Shown here piece after piece: positions 50,539 through 60,869 of a stretch of DNA of 64,000 bases. Origin of the DNA: an uncultured Bacteroidales bacterium. GTDB lineage: Bacteria > Bacteroidota > Bacteroidia > Bacteroidales > JAAYJT01. The number at the start of each line of letters is the position of its first letter. The first letter of the stretch is position 1. The notes under the pieces were generated by a model. It searched no databases and had not been told where the DNA came from. It worked only from the letters and a program-made list of their open reading frames with translations. Location: assembly GCA_964419945.1 (NCBI GenBank), contig CAYQRU010000004.1:2299-66298 (forward strand). Direction: 5' to 3'. Position numbers and translations under genes: made by a program.

Positions 50539-52179
50539 ATGATTATGAAAAGAAATATATTTATCCTCGGGGTTCTACTATCGCTTGTGATGGTAACCTC
50601 CTGCGTGAAAGACCTCGATGTAACTCCAAAGGATCCGTTCACGATACTCTCAGGCAACCTTAACGATGATCCGGAATATCTTAAACAGGTTTTAGGAAAG
50701 ATTTATACCAGTTTTATTATTTCCGGTCAGAGTGACAATTCACCTGATATCATCGCTCCCGACAATAATTTTTTCACTACCATGAGGGCGCTGTGGAATC
50801 TTCAGGAACTGCCAACCGACGAGGCCATCTGTGCCTGGGGTGATGTAGGTATTGCCGACCTGAACACGCAAACCTGGAGCCCTGCAAATCCTTTTCTCAC
50901 TGCTGTGTATCAGCGTTTGGGATTAAGTATCACCTACGCTAACGAATTCATTAAGTTTACCAATGGAAATGCTGATCCTGCCGTTGCCCGTTACAATGCT
51001 GAAGCTCGTTTTCTGAGAGCATTAGCTTATTACTGGTATCTGGATTTGTTCGGAAATCCACCGTTTACTACTGAAGCTGACGGAGTTGGAAAGTTTTTTC
51101 CAAAACAGTTAGATGAAAACTTTGCAACAGCGCGCACAAAACTTTTCCATTTTATCGTATCCGAGTTGCATGATATTGAAAATAAACTGGGTGAACCGGG
51201 ATTCTCTTACCCCCAGGCCGACAAGGGAGCTGCATGGATGCTGCTCTCGAGGTTATACCTGAACGCTGAAGTATTTACGGGCACTGCCAAATGGGACAGT
51301 TGCAAGATATATACTGACAAGGTCGTCAACAGCGGTGCCTATTCTCTGGATCCTGATTACAGGAAGAATTTCAGTGCCGATAATGGCCGACATGAAGGTA
51401 ATAACGAAATGATCTTTGCCTGGGCACAGGATGGTACTTACATTCAAGGTTATGTAGGCACTACTTTCATTATAGAATCTAGCAGCGACGCAGTTTACCT
51501 CAGAGCTGAAGATTTTCATGGTCTTACTTCCAATACAAACTGGAACGGAAACCGTGCAACCAAACAGTTCCTGAACACCATGATTGATACAATTGCTACC
51601 TATGGCAATATCCCGGTGCCCTGGGACAATGATCCGTTTTTCACCCAAAGCAATGACAACCGTGTGTATCTCAGGGTAAAGAAAAGCCCCGACATCCCAA
51701 GTGCATCCTCAAGTGGCGACTATGGAATTGGTGTTTATAAATTTACTGCAAAGAACGCCGATGGCAACTTTGTCGGACCTAATCCTGCATTTGCCAATAC
51801 CGATTTTCCTATTTTCCGCTATGCAGATGCACTGCTTATGCGTGCTGAAGCCAATTTCAGGCTGAATGCCCCTGCCAGTGCAGTGGACGATATCAACCTG
51901 ATCAGACGCCGTGCATACGGAAACCTTTCCGGAGATATTACTACCGCTCAACTGAATGAGGATTTTCTGCTTAAGGAACGTGCCAGGGAATTTTATTATG
52001 AAGGGCAAAGACGTACGGACCTGGTTCGTTTTGGCCAGTTTACCAGTGGTACCTACACCTGGGCATGGAAAGGTGGAGTATTTAATGGCACTCAAACAAG
52101 CAATCATCTGAATGTGTATCCTATCCCTGCAGAAGAAGTAGCAGCTAATCCCAACATTAATCAAAATCCTGGTTATTAA
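50539..52179 (+). CDS. susD: SusD/RagB-family lipoprotein (starch-type)
   Basis: Lipobox VTS-C, LQELPTDEA, EARFLRALAYY..DLFGNPP, RYADALLMRAEA, ERAREFYYEG.RRTDLVRFG, NQNPGY. Confidence 0.95.
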   Translation: MIMKRNIFILGVLLSLVMVTSCVKDLDVTPKDPFTILSGNLNDDPEYLKQVLGKIYTSFIISGQSDNSPDIIAPDNNFFTTMRALWNLQELPTDEAICAWGDVGIADLNTQTWSPANPFLTAVYQRLGLSITYANEFIKFTNGNADPAVARYNAEARFLRALAYYWYLDLFGNPPFTTEADGVGKFFPKQLDENFATARTKLFHFIVSELHDIENKLGEPGFSYPQADKGAAWMLLSRLYLNAEVFTGTAKWDSCKIYTDKVVNSGAYSLDPDYRKNFSADNGRHEGNNEMIFAWAQDGTYIQGYVGTTFIIESSSDAVYLRAEDFHGLTSNTNWNGNRATKQFLNTMIDTIATYGNIPVPWDNDPFFTQSNDNRVYLRVKKSPDIPSASSSGDYGIGVYKFTAKNADGNFVGPNPAFANTDFPIFRYADALLMRAEANFRLNAPASAVDDINLIRRRAYGNLSGDITTAQLNEDFLLKERAREFYYEGQRRTDLVRFGQFTSGTYTWAWKGGVFNGTQTSNHLNVYPIPAEEVAANPNINQNPGY

Positions 52180-52198
52180 TATTTAAATACTGTCAACA

Positions 52199-53224
52199 AT
52201 GAAAGATAGAATATTTTTATTCCTCAGTCTGGTGGGCTTGATCGCAGTTTTGTCTGGTTGTGAAAAAGACGAGACAAGAGTTGTCATGTCAGCGAATCCT
52301 GTGCCACCTTCGATAAAGACTCTTCCTGACCTGAACCTGCAGAGGGTTAACGGGGCACAAACCATATTCTTTACCGGTACACCTGTTGATCCTGGCTTTC
52401 AGGCTTCAGCCACTTATTTCCTCGAAGTAGACATCGCCGGTACCAATTTTGATGATGCACTTGTACTTTATTCCGGTGTGTCGGTTGATACAATCAGGTT
52501 TACAATAAGTGATTTGAATGGACTGCTGCTTCGTAAGTTTACACCGGACCAAATCATATCTGCTGATTTTCGTATCAGGTCTCTGTTGGTTGTTGATGCC
52601 GGGACTGGTGCATTAGGGACCAGCACACACCCGCTCGAATACATTTCGGCAACGCAAACTGCTAACATCAATGCTTACGGATTGCCGAGGCTCAATCTTA
52701 TCAATTCAGGAATGGATCAGAAAATTGAGTCAGCTCTCGGCGATGGTGCTTATTTTGGGTATGTGAAGCTTGATGTCACCAAACCATTTACATTACATGA
52801 TCCGGATGCAAATATTACTTACGGTGCCGATGGAACTGCACTTGCAGTGAACGGTGCAGGTATTGTACCTCCAGGAACCGGATGGCACGAGTTATCGGTG
52901 AACACTGTTGCCCTGACTTACAACATGAGCGCTTATATGATAGGCCTTGTTGGATCGGCCACACCAAACGGATGGAACACACCGGATCAAAAGATGGATT
53001 ATAATCCTCAAAATGGTACATGGTATATCACAATTGACCTGATTGTCGGTGAAATTAAATTCCGCAAAAACGATGGCTGGGCATGGAATCTGGGAGGCAC
53101 TCCTGACAATCTTGTGGGTGACGGTGCAAATATCCCTATTCCGGAAGCCGGCAATTATACAATTGTTCTGACAATTACTGACGACCCAGGAAAAAAGGGC
53201 ACATGCACAATTAAAAAGAATTAA
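52199..53224 (+). CDS. SusE-like starch-binding outer-membrane lipoprotein
   Basis: Lipobox LSG-C, N-terminal SusE-type domain, GLVGSATPNGW and EIKFRKNDGWAWNLGG modules. Confidence 0.85.
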   Translation: MKDRIFLFLSLVGLIAVLSGCEKDETRVVMSANPVPPSIKTLPDLNLQRVNGAQTIFFTGTPVDPGFQASATYFLEVDIAGTNFDDALVLYSGVSVDTIRFTISDLNGLLLRKFTPDQIISADFRIRSLLVVDAGTGALGTSTHPLEYISATQTANINAYGLPRLNLINSGMDQKIESALGDGAYFGYVKLDVTKPFTLHDPDANITYGADGTALAVNGAGIVPPGTGWHELSVNTVALTYNMSAYMIGLVGSATPNGWNTPDQKMDYNPQNGTWYITIDLIVGEIKFRKNDGWAWNLGGTPDNLVGDGANIPIPEAGNYTIVLTITDDPGKKGTCTIKKN

Positions 53225-53321
53225 TTAACCGACATTAAGATTCTATGTATCTGCTAACGATCAAATAATGCACATTGAATCTTTTTAGCTATATTTTCGA
53301 AATCAATAAACATTAATCATT

Positions 53322-54869
53322 ATGAAAAGACTATCATTTCTGATAACATTTTCAGTCTTCATTGCAGCAACCATCTTTGTGGTTTCCTGCACCAAGGACA
53401 TCTCGGACGAAAGATTGGATCCGAAGCTTTCTACCTCGCAGGTTTATGATGTTACATCTGACGCAGCCACTGTTGTCGGTTTTATTGTTGCCAGCGGCGA
53501 TGGTTTCACTGAAAAAGGTGTTTGCTATCATACAGATACACTTCCCACCATCAATGATAATAAAGTTGTATACTCTGAGACAGATGCTTCCGCAACCTTC
53601 ATTGTTACCATCAGTGGACTGGATTACGCAACAAAGTACCACGTCAGGGCATATGCCTCATCTGCCAGCGGTACGCTTTACGGGGAAAGTTATACCTTTA
53701 CCACGTTACCGGTACTTGCCTCTATCACAACTGCACCGGTAACCGATATCCAGGGAACCACAGCCACAACAGGTGGTGAAGTCACCAATGAAGGAGGTGC
53801 TGATGTTACGGCTAAGGGCGTTTGCTACAGCGAAAATCCAAATCCAACCCTAAACGACAACTATACCAACGATGGTTCAGGAATTGGTGCCTTTACCAGC
53901 AACCTGACCGGATTATCCGGTTTGACCAAATACTATGTCAGGGCTTATGCAAAAAACAGTGCCGGAACAGCTTATGGACCACAGATAGAATTTACCACCC
54001 TGGTGTCTATACGAACATGGTATGTGCCCGGCGATTATGTTGAAGCCAGTTATCCGGGTTCAGGCCTTGCAAACTGGAGCCCGGACAAATCACCTATGAT
54101 TATGAGTTCAGAAGCTAATCCCAACAATCTGGAAGGTTATGTGCATATGGCCAATGCCTCAAATCAGTGGAAACTAACTGATGGACCAAGCTGGGATGTG
54201 AATTACGGTAGTTCAAATGGCAGTACGCTCGAACCGGGTGGAGCAAACATAGTTTCACCAGCTGGCTATTACAAAATAACTGCTAATGCCACTGAACTCA
54301 CCTACACCGCTGTTCCGCTAGTCTGGGGTGTGATTGGCAGTGCCACTCCCGGTGGTTGGGGTAGCGAAACCCAACTTGCCTACGATCCTCAATCAAGAAC
54401 ATGGCGGGGTGGTGTTAGCATGACTGTTGCCGAGTTCAAGTTCAGAGCACACGATTGGGCTTACAACTATGGAGCACCAGCAGGCAGCAATCTGTTGGTA
54501 CATGATGGACCCAATATCGCTATCAGTGTGGCTGCTGATTATTATTTTATACTAGATTTAAGCACCCCTCACAATTATACATACAGCGCCAACCGTTGGG
54601 GTCTCATCGGTAGCGCTACTCCCGGTGGATGGAGCTCAGATCAGGATATGACCTGGGATGCAGTTAACGGCTGCATGTCTGTCACCGTTGATCTTGTTGT
54701 GGGTGAAATTAAATTCAGAGCAAACGATGATTGGGCTGTTAACCTTGGTGGTGATGTGAATAATTTGACCGCAGGTGGCGCGAATATTCCTATCGTCGAA
54801 GCTGGTAGTTATACAATAAAACTGTTCCTGGTTGGCGATGCAGGAACCTGCACAATTGTCAAAAATTAA
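53322..54869 (+). CDS. SusF-like lipoprotein: two FN3-like repeats plus SusE/F-type carbohydrate-binding modules
   Basis: Lipobox VVS-C; repeats EKGVCY..YHVRAYA and AKGVCY..YYVRAYA; WGVIGSATPGGW, WGLIGSATPGGW, KFRANDDWAVNLG. Confidence 0.82.
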   Translation: MKRLSFLITFSVFIAATIFVVSCTKDISDERLDPKLSTSQVYDVTSDAATVVGFIVASGDGFTEKGVCYHTDTLPTINDNKVVYSETDASATFIVTISGLDYATKYHVRAYASSASGTLYGESYTFTTLPVLASITTAPVTDIQGTTATTGGEVTNEGGADVTAKGVCYSENPNPTLNDNYTNDGSGIGAFTSNLTGLSGLTKYYVRAYAKNSAGTAYGPQIEFTTLVSIRTWYVPGDYVEASYPGSGLANWSPDKSPMIMSSEANPNNLEGYVHMANASNQWKLTDGPSWDVNYGSSNGSTLEPGGANIVSPAGYYKITANATELTYTAVPLVWGVIGSATPGGWGSETQLAYDPQSRTWRGGVSMTVAEFKFRAHDWAYNYGAPAGSNLLVHDGPNIAISVAADYYFILDLSTPHNYTYSANRWGLIGSATPGGWSSDQDMTWDAVNGCMSVTVDLVVGEIKFRANDDWAVNLGGDVNNLTAGGANIPIVEAGSYTIKLFLVGDAGTCTIVKN

Positions 54870-54889
54870 ATGAGAAGCGTTTAAACCTG

Positions 54890-54926
54890 AAAAAGTGGCT
54901 GAACATTCAGATTCAGCCACTTTTTT
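54890..54926 (+). terminator. Intrinsic (probably bidirectional) terminator after susF-like
   Basis: AAAAAGTGGCTGAA-loop-TTCAGCCACTTTTTT. Confidence 0.88.
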
Positions 54927-54975
54927 AGTTTAATTCGGATGCCTTTAAATTTGTTAATTCAAAAATCCAAATGTT

Positions 54976-56814
54976 ATGAGCAGGCTATTTTTATTCGTAT
55001 GTGTTCTTACAATGGCTTCATGCAAGCCAACCACAAAGCACCTGGATATTACCCAGCCCCCGGCCTGGGCAAAAGATGTGATTTGGTATCAGATTTTTGT
55101 TGAACGCTTTCATAATGGAGATCCCGGTAATGACCCAACCATCAACACGCTTTCCACACCGAGTGCTTCATTTCCTGTGCCTGATGACTGGCAGATTACA
55201 CCCTGGTCCTGGAATTGGTATTCGAAAGAGCCCTGGGCAGAAAAAACCGGACGTGAACTGAGGGAAACATCCCAACACCGGCGTTATGGCGGTGATTTGC
55301 AGGGAGTACTGGACAAACTGGATTATCTCAGCGAACTTGGTATCACAGCCATCTATTTCAATCCCCTTAATGATGCTCCGTCATTGCATAAATATGATGC
55401 CCGAAATTACCATCATATTGACGTGAATTTTGGTCCTGACCCGGAGGGCGATATGAAAATCATTGCTATGGAAAATCCCCGGGATCCTTCTACCTGGCAG
55501 TGGACTTCAGCTGACAGGTTGTTTCTGGAGCTTGTGAACGAATGCCATAGACGCAATATCCGCGTCATTATAGATTATTCATGGAATCATACGGGTGTCC
55601 TTTTCTGGGCATGGCAGGATATTCTCAACAACCAGCAGGCATCACCCTATAGGGATTGGTATGAAATTATTGGTTTTGATAATCCCGAAACACCGGAAAA
55701 TGAATTCGCGTACAAAGGTTGGCTGAATATCATGAGCTTACCTGAATTTAAGAAAATTGATCTGTTGGGTGACAGAATCCATGGTTTGCCTTTCGAAGGA
55801 AATCTGCATCCGGACGTAAAGTCACATATTTTTGATGTTACCCGCCGATGGCTGGCACCCGATGGCGACATTTCCAGGGGCATTGACGGCTATCGTCTTG
55901 ATGTGGCCGATCAGATTCCGATGGGTTTCTGGAGAGATTACCGTGAATTTGTAAAATCAGTCAATCCAGAGGCTTACCTGGTCGGTGAGATTTGGTGGTC
56001 GCACTGGCCGGATGATTTTATGGACCCAGCGCCTTATACCAATGGTGATATTTTTGATGCCGTAATGTTTTATCATGCTTACCGTCCTGCAAGAGGTTTT
56101 TTTGCTCAGGGTGAACCGACATACAGCGCGGTTGAACTTGCTGAAAGCCTTCAGACAGAATGGAACCGGCTCAAAGAACCCTTCCGTTATGCCATGATGA
56201 ATGTGAACGCCACCCACGACAGTCCACGTTTGCTGACCTGCTTTGCCAACCGTGGAAAATATAAATATCATGCAAATCCCTATGAGGATCCCGTATACAT
56301 GACCGGAAAACCAGATGAAGAATCTTACAAACGGGTGCAGCTTTATCTTATACACCAGTTTACCATTATCGGAGCCCCTCATATCTGGAATGGTGACGAA
56401 ATGGGCATGTGGGGAGGTGACGATCCTGATTGCCGCAAACCTTTGTGGTGGCCTGAAATAAAGCATGATCCCGAAACAAGAACCAATATCCGGCCGGACA
56501 CAAGATCCTATGACGAAGTCATGTTTAACCAGGAGCACTATGAATTTTACAAAAAATTGATCCGCATGAGAAAAGAAAATCCTGTTCTGACTGATGGGAA
56601 AATAGAATTTCAACCTGCGGAAGGTAGTCATCTCGTATACCGCCGCTTTAATGATCAGGAAAGTATTTTCATGCTCTTTAACCTTGGTACTGAGGCGTTT
56701 CATTATACATTGTCCGGATCAAAAACTTATTTGGACCTTTTAACAAATCATGAGATCCATAGCCAGGAAGTTGTGATTGCTCCTTTGTCAGCGTTGGTAT
56801 TGAAGCTTTACTAA
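54976..56814 (+). CDS. GH13 neopullulanase/cyclomaltodextrinase-like lipoprotein
   Basis: WYQIFVERF, YGGDLQG, IDYSWNHTG, GYRLDVAD, VGEIW, THDSPR catalytic regions; lipobox MAS-C. Confidence 0.93.
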   Translation: MSRLFLFVCVLTMASCKPTTKHLDITQPPAWAKDVIWYQIFVERFHNGDPGNDPTINTLSTPSASFPVPDDWQITPWSWNWYSKEPWAEKTGRELRETSQHRRYGGDLQGVLDKLDYLSELGITAIYFNPLNDAPSLHKYDARNYHHIDVNFGPDPEGDMKIIAMENPRDPSTWQWTSADRLFLELVNECHRRNIRVIIDYSWNHTGVLFWAWQDILNNQQASPYRDWYEIIGFDNPETPENEFAYKGWLNIMSLPEFKKIDLLGDRIHGLPFEGNLHPDVKSHIFDVTRRWLAPDGDISRGIDGYRLDVADQIPMGFWRDYREFVKSVNPEAYLVGEIWWSHWPDDFMDPAPYTNGDIFDAVMFYHAYRPARGFFAQGEPTYSAVELAESLQTEWNRLKEPFRYAMMNVNATHDSPRLLTCFANRGKYKYHANPYEDPVYMTGKPDEESYKRVQLYLIHQFTIIGAPHIWNGDEMGMWGGDDPDCRKPLWWPEIKHDPETRTNIRPDTRSYDEVMFNQEHYEFYKKLIRMRKENPVLTDGKIEFQPAEGSHLVYRRFNDQESIFMLFNLGTEAFHYTLSGSKTYLDLLTNHEIHSQEVVIAPLSALVLKLY

Positions 56815-56830
56815 CATAATCCATTGCAAT

Positions 56831-57739
56831 ATGATGCGTTATTTTACTCTCGTGGTTCTTATTTTATTGATCATACTTGACTCATGCTCAATTGTTTGTA
56901 AGGATGAAAAAGGAACACTGACACGGTTACAGGATTTTACTCCCCGGTCTGTTGAAAACCGGTTTATTAATGTTTGGACCCCACCCTGTTATGAAACGGA
57001 AACCGGAAAAAAGTATCCTGTTCTTTATATGCACGACGGCCAGAACCTGTTCAGTAAGGAAACTGCTTACGCAGGAGAAGAATGGGAGGTGGATGAAACT
57101 GTGACCCGACTGATCAGAGAAGGGAAAATCCCTGCATGTATTGTAGTTGGCATCTGGAACACGTCTTTAAGATTTACTGAATATGCCCCGTATAAGCCTT
57201 ATTTATTAATGAAGGAAGAAACGAGGAAGTCTTTGAAAGATGAATTCAGATTTGAATCAGAACCTCTGAGCGATGAATACATAACATTTATTGTACATGA
57301 GCTCAAGCCTTACATGGATAGAAACTTTAGGACTTTACCCGGCCGTGAACACACATTCATTGCCGGCTCAAGCATGGGAGGACTGATCTCACTGTATGCC
57401 ATTTCGGAATATCCTCGAATTTTCGGAGGAGCAGCTTGTTTATCAACTCACTGGCCTTTCAGGCTGAAAGAAAACAGTAATGAGTTTACCCATGCTTTTG
57501 TCAGCTATCTTGAACCCCGGTTAAACAACCTGAAAGGATCAAAACTTTACTTTGACTACGGCACCGCTACACTTGATGCCTGGTATGAAGAGCACCAGGT
57601 CATTATTGACAGTTTGTTTACAACCAACGGTTTTGATACAAGAAATTTCAGTTCCCGGAAATTTGAAGGACATGAACACAGCGAAAAATCATGGAGGCAA
57701 CGTTTCGATCAGCCACTTATTTTTCTATTGGGTTTTTAG
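56831..57739 (+). CDS. Alpha/beta-hydrolase, putative esterase family
   Basis: YPVLYMHDGQNLF, GSSMGG nucleophile, LYFDYG, GHEHSEKSW. Confidence 0.88.
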   Translation: MMRYFTLVVLILLIILDSCSIVCKDEKGTLTRLQDFTPRSVENRFINVWTPPCYETETGKKYPVLYMHDGQNLFSKETAYAGEEWEVDETVTRLIREGKIPACIVVGIWNTSLRFTEYAPYKPYLLMKEETRKSLKDEFRFESEPLSDEYITFIVHELKPYMDRNFRTLPGREHTFIAGSSMGGLISLYAISEYPRIFGGAACLSTHWPFRLKENSNEFTHAFVSYLEPRLNNLKGSKLYFDYGTATLDAWYEEHQVIIDSLFTTNGFDTRNFSSRKFEGHEHSEKSWRQRFDQPLIFLLGF

Positions 57740-59117
57740 CAGGCTTATAATAAATACGGTATTCCCAGGGTTGCATTGATACATGCTCATTGCGCCTGAA
57801 ATTTATTTGTTCATTGGAAAATACAGTTGAGTATTTTCCTTTGAACAAGTCTCCTTCAAGCACCGTTTCTACGGCTGTGGATGAAAGGTTGAGTATGGTA
57901 AACACTCTTGCATGATCTTTTTCGCGCATGAAGGCATATATTTTATCATCCGCTCCGGTATGAACCCTGGTGTAAGATCCGCCATGTATCCCGTTCCACA
58001 GTGAAGGATTATTATGTTTCAGCATAAACAATTCCCGGTAAAAATTTTCAAGCGGAATCTCAGTCCAGTCAATTTCATCCTTTTCAAAAAACTCAAGCAT
58101 TTTATCCATAGCTGCTTCCTGCCCGCTGTAAACCAAAGGCATACCCGGTATGGTTGCGCTAAGCACAGCGAAAGTTTGCACCCCGTCTCCCAACCGTGTA
58201 TATTCAGTGCCAGCCCACGAATTTTCATCATGGTTTGAGGTAAACTGCATCATATAGGCTTCGCGCGGAAACTTTTCCATGGTGGCCACAACCATCGAAT
58301 CTATATGGTTGGCATTGTTTTCTCCTTTGGCTATCCTGTTCATGACATGGTGCATACCCCATGCGTACGACATGTCAAATGCCTGCTCATGAAGTACAGG
58401 TTCCTCGGCTTCGGCCAGCATAAACACTGGTTTAATGATCTCAAGCTCTTTGCGTGCACGGTTCCAGAATTCAGTGGGAACCAGAAAAGCCACGTCACAC
58501 CGGTAGCCGTCAATATCAGTTTCCTGAACCCAGAATTTCAGTGCATTGATCATATACTCCCAAAGCTCCGGAACATCATAGTTGAGATCAACCACATCTG
58601 ACCAGTCAAAAGGAGATATCATGTTTCCAAGGGAATCTTTTGTGTACCATTCGGGTTTGTCAGACACAAGATGATTATCCCAGGCCGTATGGTTGGCTAC
58701 CCAATCGAGGATTACATACATTCCTAGTTTGTGCGCTTCAGCCACAAGTTCCTTAAAATCCTGCAAAGTTCCAAATTCCGGATTCACGGCCATATAATCT
58801 TTCACTGAATAGTAACTGCCCAATGTGCCTTTGCGGTTTAATTCTCCAATAGGCGTGACGGGCATCAGCCAGAGTATATTAACACCCATTGCTTTCAGGC
58901 GCGGCAAATGGTTGCGGAATGCATTGAATGTTCCTTCCTTCGTATATTGCCTTATATTCACTTCATAGATATTGGCGTTGGCGCTCCATGATGGATTCTT
59001 TACATGACCTGAAGGCGTCAGGGTTTCCGTTTGAGGTGTTTTTGGCTGTTCGCAGCAGATCAATAATGCTATCATGGTAAACGGAAGAACTGAAAAATGA
59101 AGGATGCTGTTTTTCAT
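57717..59117 (-). CDS. GH13 alpha-amylase family lipoprotein (start taken at ATG 59117)
   Basis: IYEVNIRQY, LDWVANHTAWD, GYRCDVA, MLAEAE, SNHDEN; lipobox LIC-C. Confidence 0.92.
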   Translation of the reverse strand: MKNSILHFSVLPFTMIALLICCEQPKTPQTETLTPSGHVKNPSWSANANIYEVNIRQYTKEGTFNAFRNHLPRLKAMGVNILWLMPVTPIGELNRKGTLGSYYSVKDYMAVNPEFGTLQDFKELVAEAHKLGMYVILDWVANHTAWDNHLVSDKPEWYTKDSLGNMISPFDWSDVVDLNYDVPELWEYMINALKFWVQETDIDGYRCDVAFLVPTEFWNRARKELEIIKPVFMLAEAEEPVLHEQAFDMSYAWGMHHVMNRIAKGENNANHIDSMVVATMEKFPREAYMMQFTSNHDENSWAGTEYTRLGDGVQTFAVLSATIPGMPLVYSGQEAAMDKMLEFFEKDEIDWTEIPLENFYRELFMLKHNNPSLWNGIHGGSYTRVHTGADDKIYAFMREKDHARVFTILNLSSTAVETVLEGDLFKGKYSTVFSNEQINFRRNEHVSMQPWEYRIYYKPAKNPIEK

Positions 59118-59350
59118 CTTAATGGTATTAATCATAATCAACAAAAATAGAGTAAATTTTTCATTACTCAGGATTTTCGGTATGAGTATGGATGCTACGA
59201 ATCTTGAATATGCATTCACTAATATATAATATATTGATTATCAAATAATAAGAATACATGATAAATATTTGGATTGTGAAAAATATTTATTTGTGGAAAT
59301 GATTCAAAAATAGTCCTGTGTTGTACCTTTGCACCATTTATGAGAGGATA

Positions 59351-59962
59351 ATGACCACGTCCTATTCACATAAGATTACATTGTTTTTGCTGGCAGGGTT
59401 GTCTGTTTGGTTTAGCGCATGTAACCAGCGTGATTTGTCTACCAAAACTGATGCTCTGGTTTTTAACATAGACAGTACTTTGTTATCTGAATTCCCTGTA
59501 ACTGACTCATCATTGAAAATAGCCATATATCCGCCAAAAAACTGGATACCATCTGAAAATATTACCCATCAATTCTCTAAAGCCGGATTGGCTGTTGGAG
59601 AGATAATGCCAGCTCATTTTTTTATTAATATGATTGACTCTTCTTCAATGATCATAACCGAATTCAGCGATCTTTCAGATGAAGATCTTTCCATCATGCG
59701 GATTGATTTTACCAGGATTTTTAACAAAAATAGCTTGTGGAATGAGATTCATCATACTGAATTCTTTTGCAACCAGTTCAAAGCTGATCAGTTTTTAATG
59801 TTCAATGACCAGATGGTCAATTTTAAACTTATACTCACAAGCGAAGCGCCTGTATTTGAAGGCAGAAAGATCGCTCTCGATTATTATCTGCCCCGAAACA
59901 GTTATATAAAAAATATACGGTCTGTTGAATCTTCTGTCGGTTCTTTATCATTAATCAATTAA
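59351..59962 (+). CDS. Hypothetical lipoprotein
   Basis: ORF-track protein with start moved to ATG 59351; lipobox FSA-C; no family recognised. Confidence 0.6.
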   Translation: MTTSYSHKITLFLLAGLSVWFSACNQRDLSTKTDALVFNIDSTLLSEFPVTDSSLKIAIYPPKNWIPSENITHQFSKAGLAVGEIMPAHFFINMIDSSSMIITEFSDLSDEDLSIMRIDFTRIFNKNSLWNEIHHTEFFCNQFKADQFLMFNDQMVNFKLILTSEAPVFEGRKIALDYYLPRNSYIKNIRSVESSVGSLSLIN

Positions 59963-59979
59963 TTAAAAATCATTTAGTT

Positions 59980-60279
59980 ATGAAAAAAATGAAATCAATA
60001 CTCCTAGTGGCCATGTTTGCAATAACTATGGCTTTATCATCGTGTTATACTCTTCATCACACTGTGGGAGAAGGCGCCAAAGGCAGCCAGGTTACTACGC
60101 AAAGGCAATGGTACGTGCTCTGGGGTCTTGTTCCCATCAATAATGTTGATACCAAGGCGATGGCAGGCAACGCAAAAGATTATACCATCACATCTGAAGT
60201 TACATTTATTGATTACGTAATCACCGCTTTTACTTCCGCCATTACTGTTGTTGTCCAGACTGTGCAGGTTCAGAAGTAA
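59980..60279 (+). CDS. Bor/Iss-family lipoprotein
   Basis: Lipobox LSS-C, QWYVLWGLVPI, terminal beta-strand. Confidence 0.75.
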   Translation: MKKMKSILLVAMFAITMALSSCYTLHHTVGEGAKGSQVTTQRQWYVLWGLVPINNVDTKAMAGNAKDYTITSEVTFIDYVITAFTSAITVVVQTVQVQK

Positions 60280-60316
60280 GGCCTTATTCAGGAAGAAGAT
60301 ACAGACTTTAAAATTT

Positions 60317-60367
60317 GCGGCAGTTTTACCTGCACTCATCCGGCAGGGGAATTGCCGCTTTTTGTTT
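60317..60367 (+). terminator. Intrinsic terminator after the Bor-like gene
   Basis: GCGGCAGTT..CCTGC/GCAGG..AATTGCCGC followed by TTTTTGTTT. Confidence 0.75.
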
Positions 60368-60413
60368 ACTTTTGAGCCTTCATAATATTGTTTAACTAAA
60401 TCCTGATTACCAG

Positions 60414-60869
60414 ATGGAAAAGTTCAGATCGGTGAATGAAATTCTTGATTTCGCTATACAGCAGGAACAAAACGCTGTGGATTTTTATACAGAATTATCA
60501 GTAAATGCAATCAATGCAGAAATGAAGGTTACATTCCTTCAATTTGCCAAAGAAGAAATGGGTCATAAAGCCCGGCTTATAAATATAAAAGAAACAGGTA
60601 TCATGGAAAACTCTTCCGAAAAAGTAACGGATCTGAAGATTGCCGACTTCGTTGTAAGAACAAATCCTTCGCCATCTATGAGTTATGAAGAAGCGCTCGT
60701 GCTGGCAATGAAACGTGAAAAAGCCGCATTCAAACTTTATTTAAAACTCGCCGAACGTACTGATAACCAAGATTTAAGCTTACTTTTTCAATCACTGGCC
60801 ATGGAAGAGTCTAAGCATAAACTTCGCTTCGAACTCGAATACGACCAATATGTGCTGAGGGAAAATTAA
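60414..60869 (+). CDS. Ferritin-like di-iron protein (rubrerythrin family, no rubredoxin domain)
   Basis: AIQQEQNAVDFY, EEMGH, AMKREKAAFKLY, EESKH. Confidence 0.88.
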   Translation: MEKFRSVNEILDFAIQQEQNAVDFYTELSVNAINAEMKVTFLQFAKEEMGHKARLINIKETGIMENSSEKVTDLKIADFVVRTNPSPSMSYEEALVLAMKREKAAFKLYLKLAERTDNQDLSLLFQSLAMEESKHKLRFELEYDQYVLREN

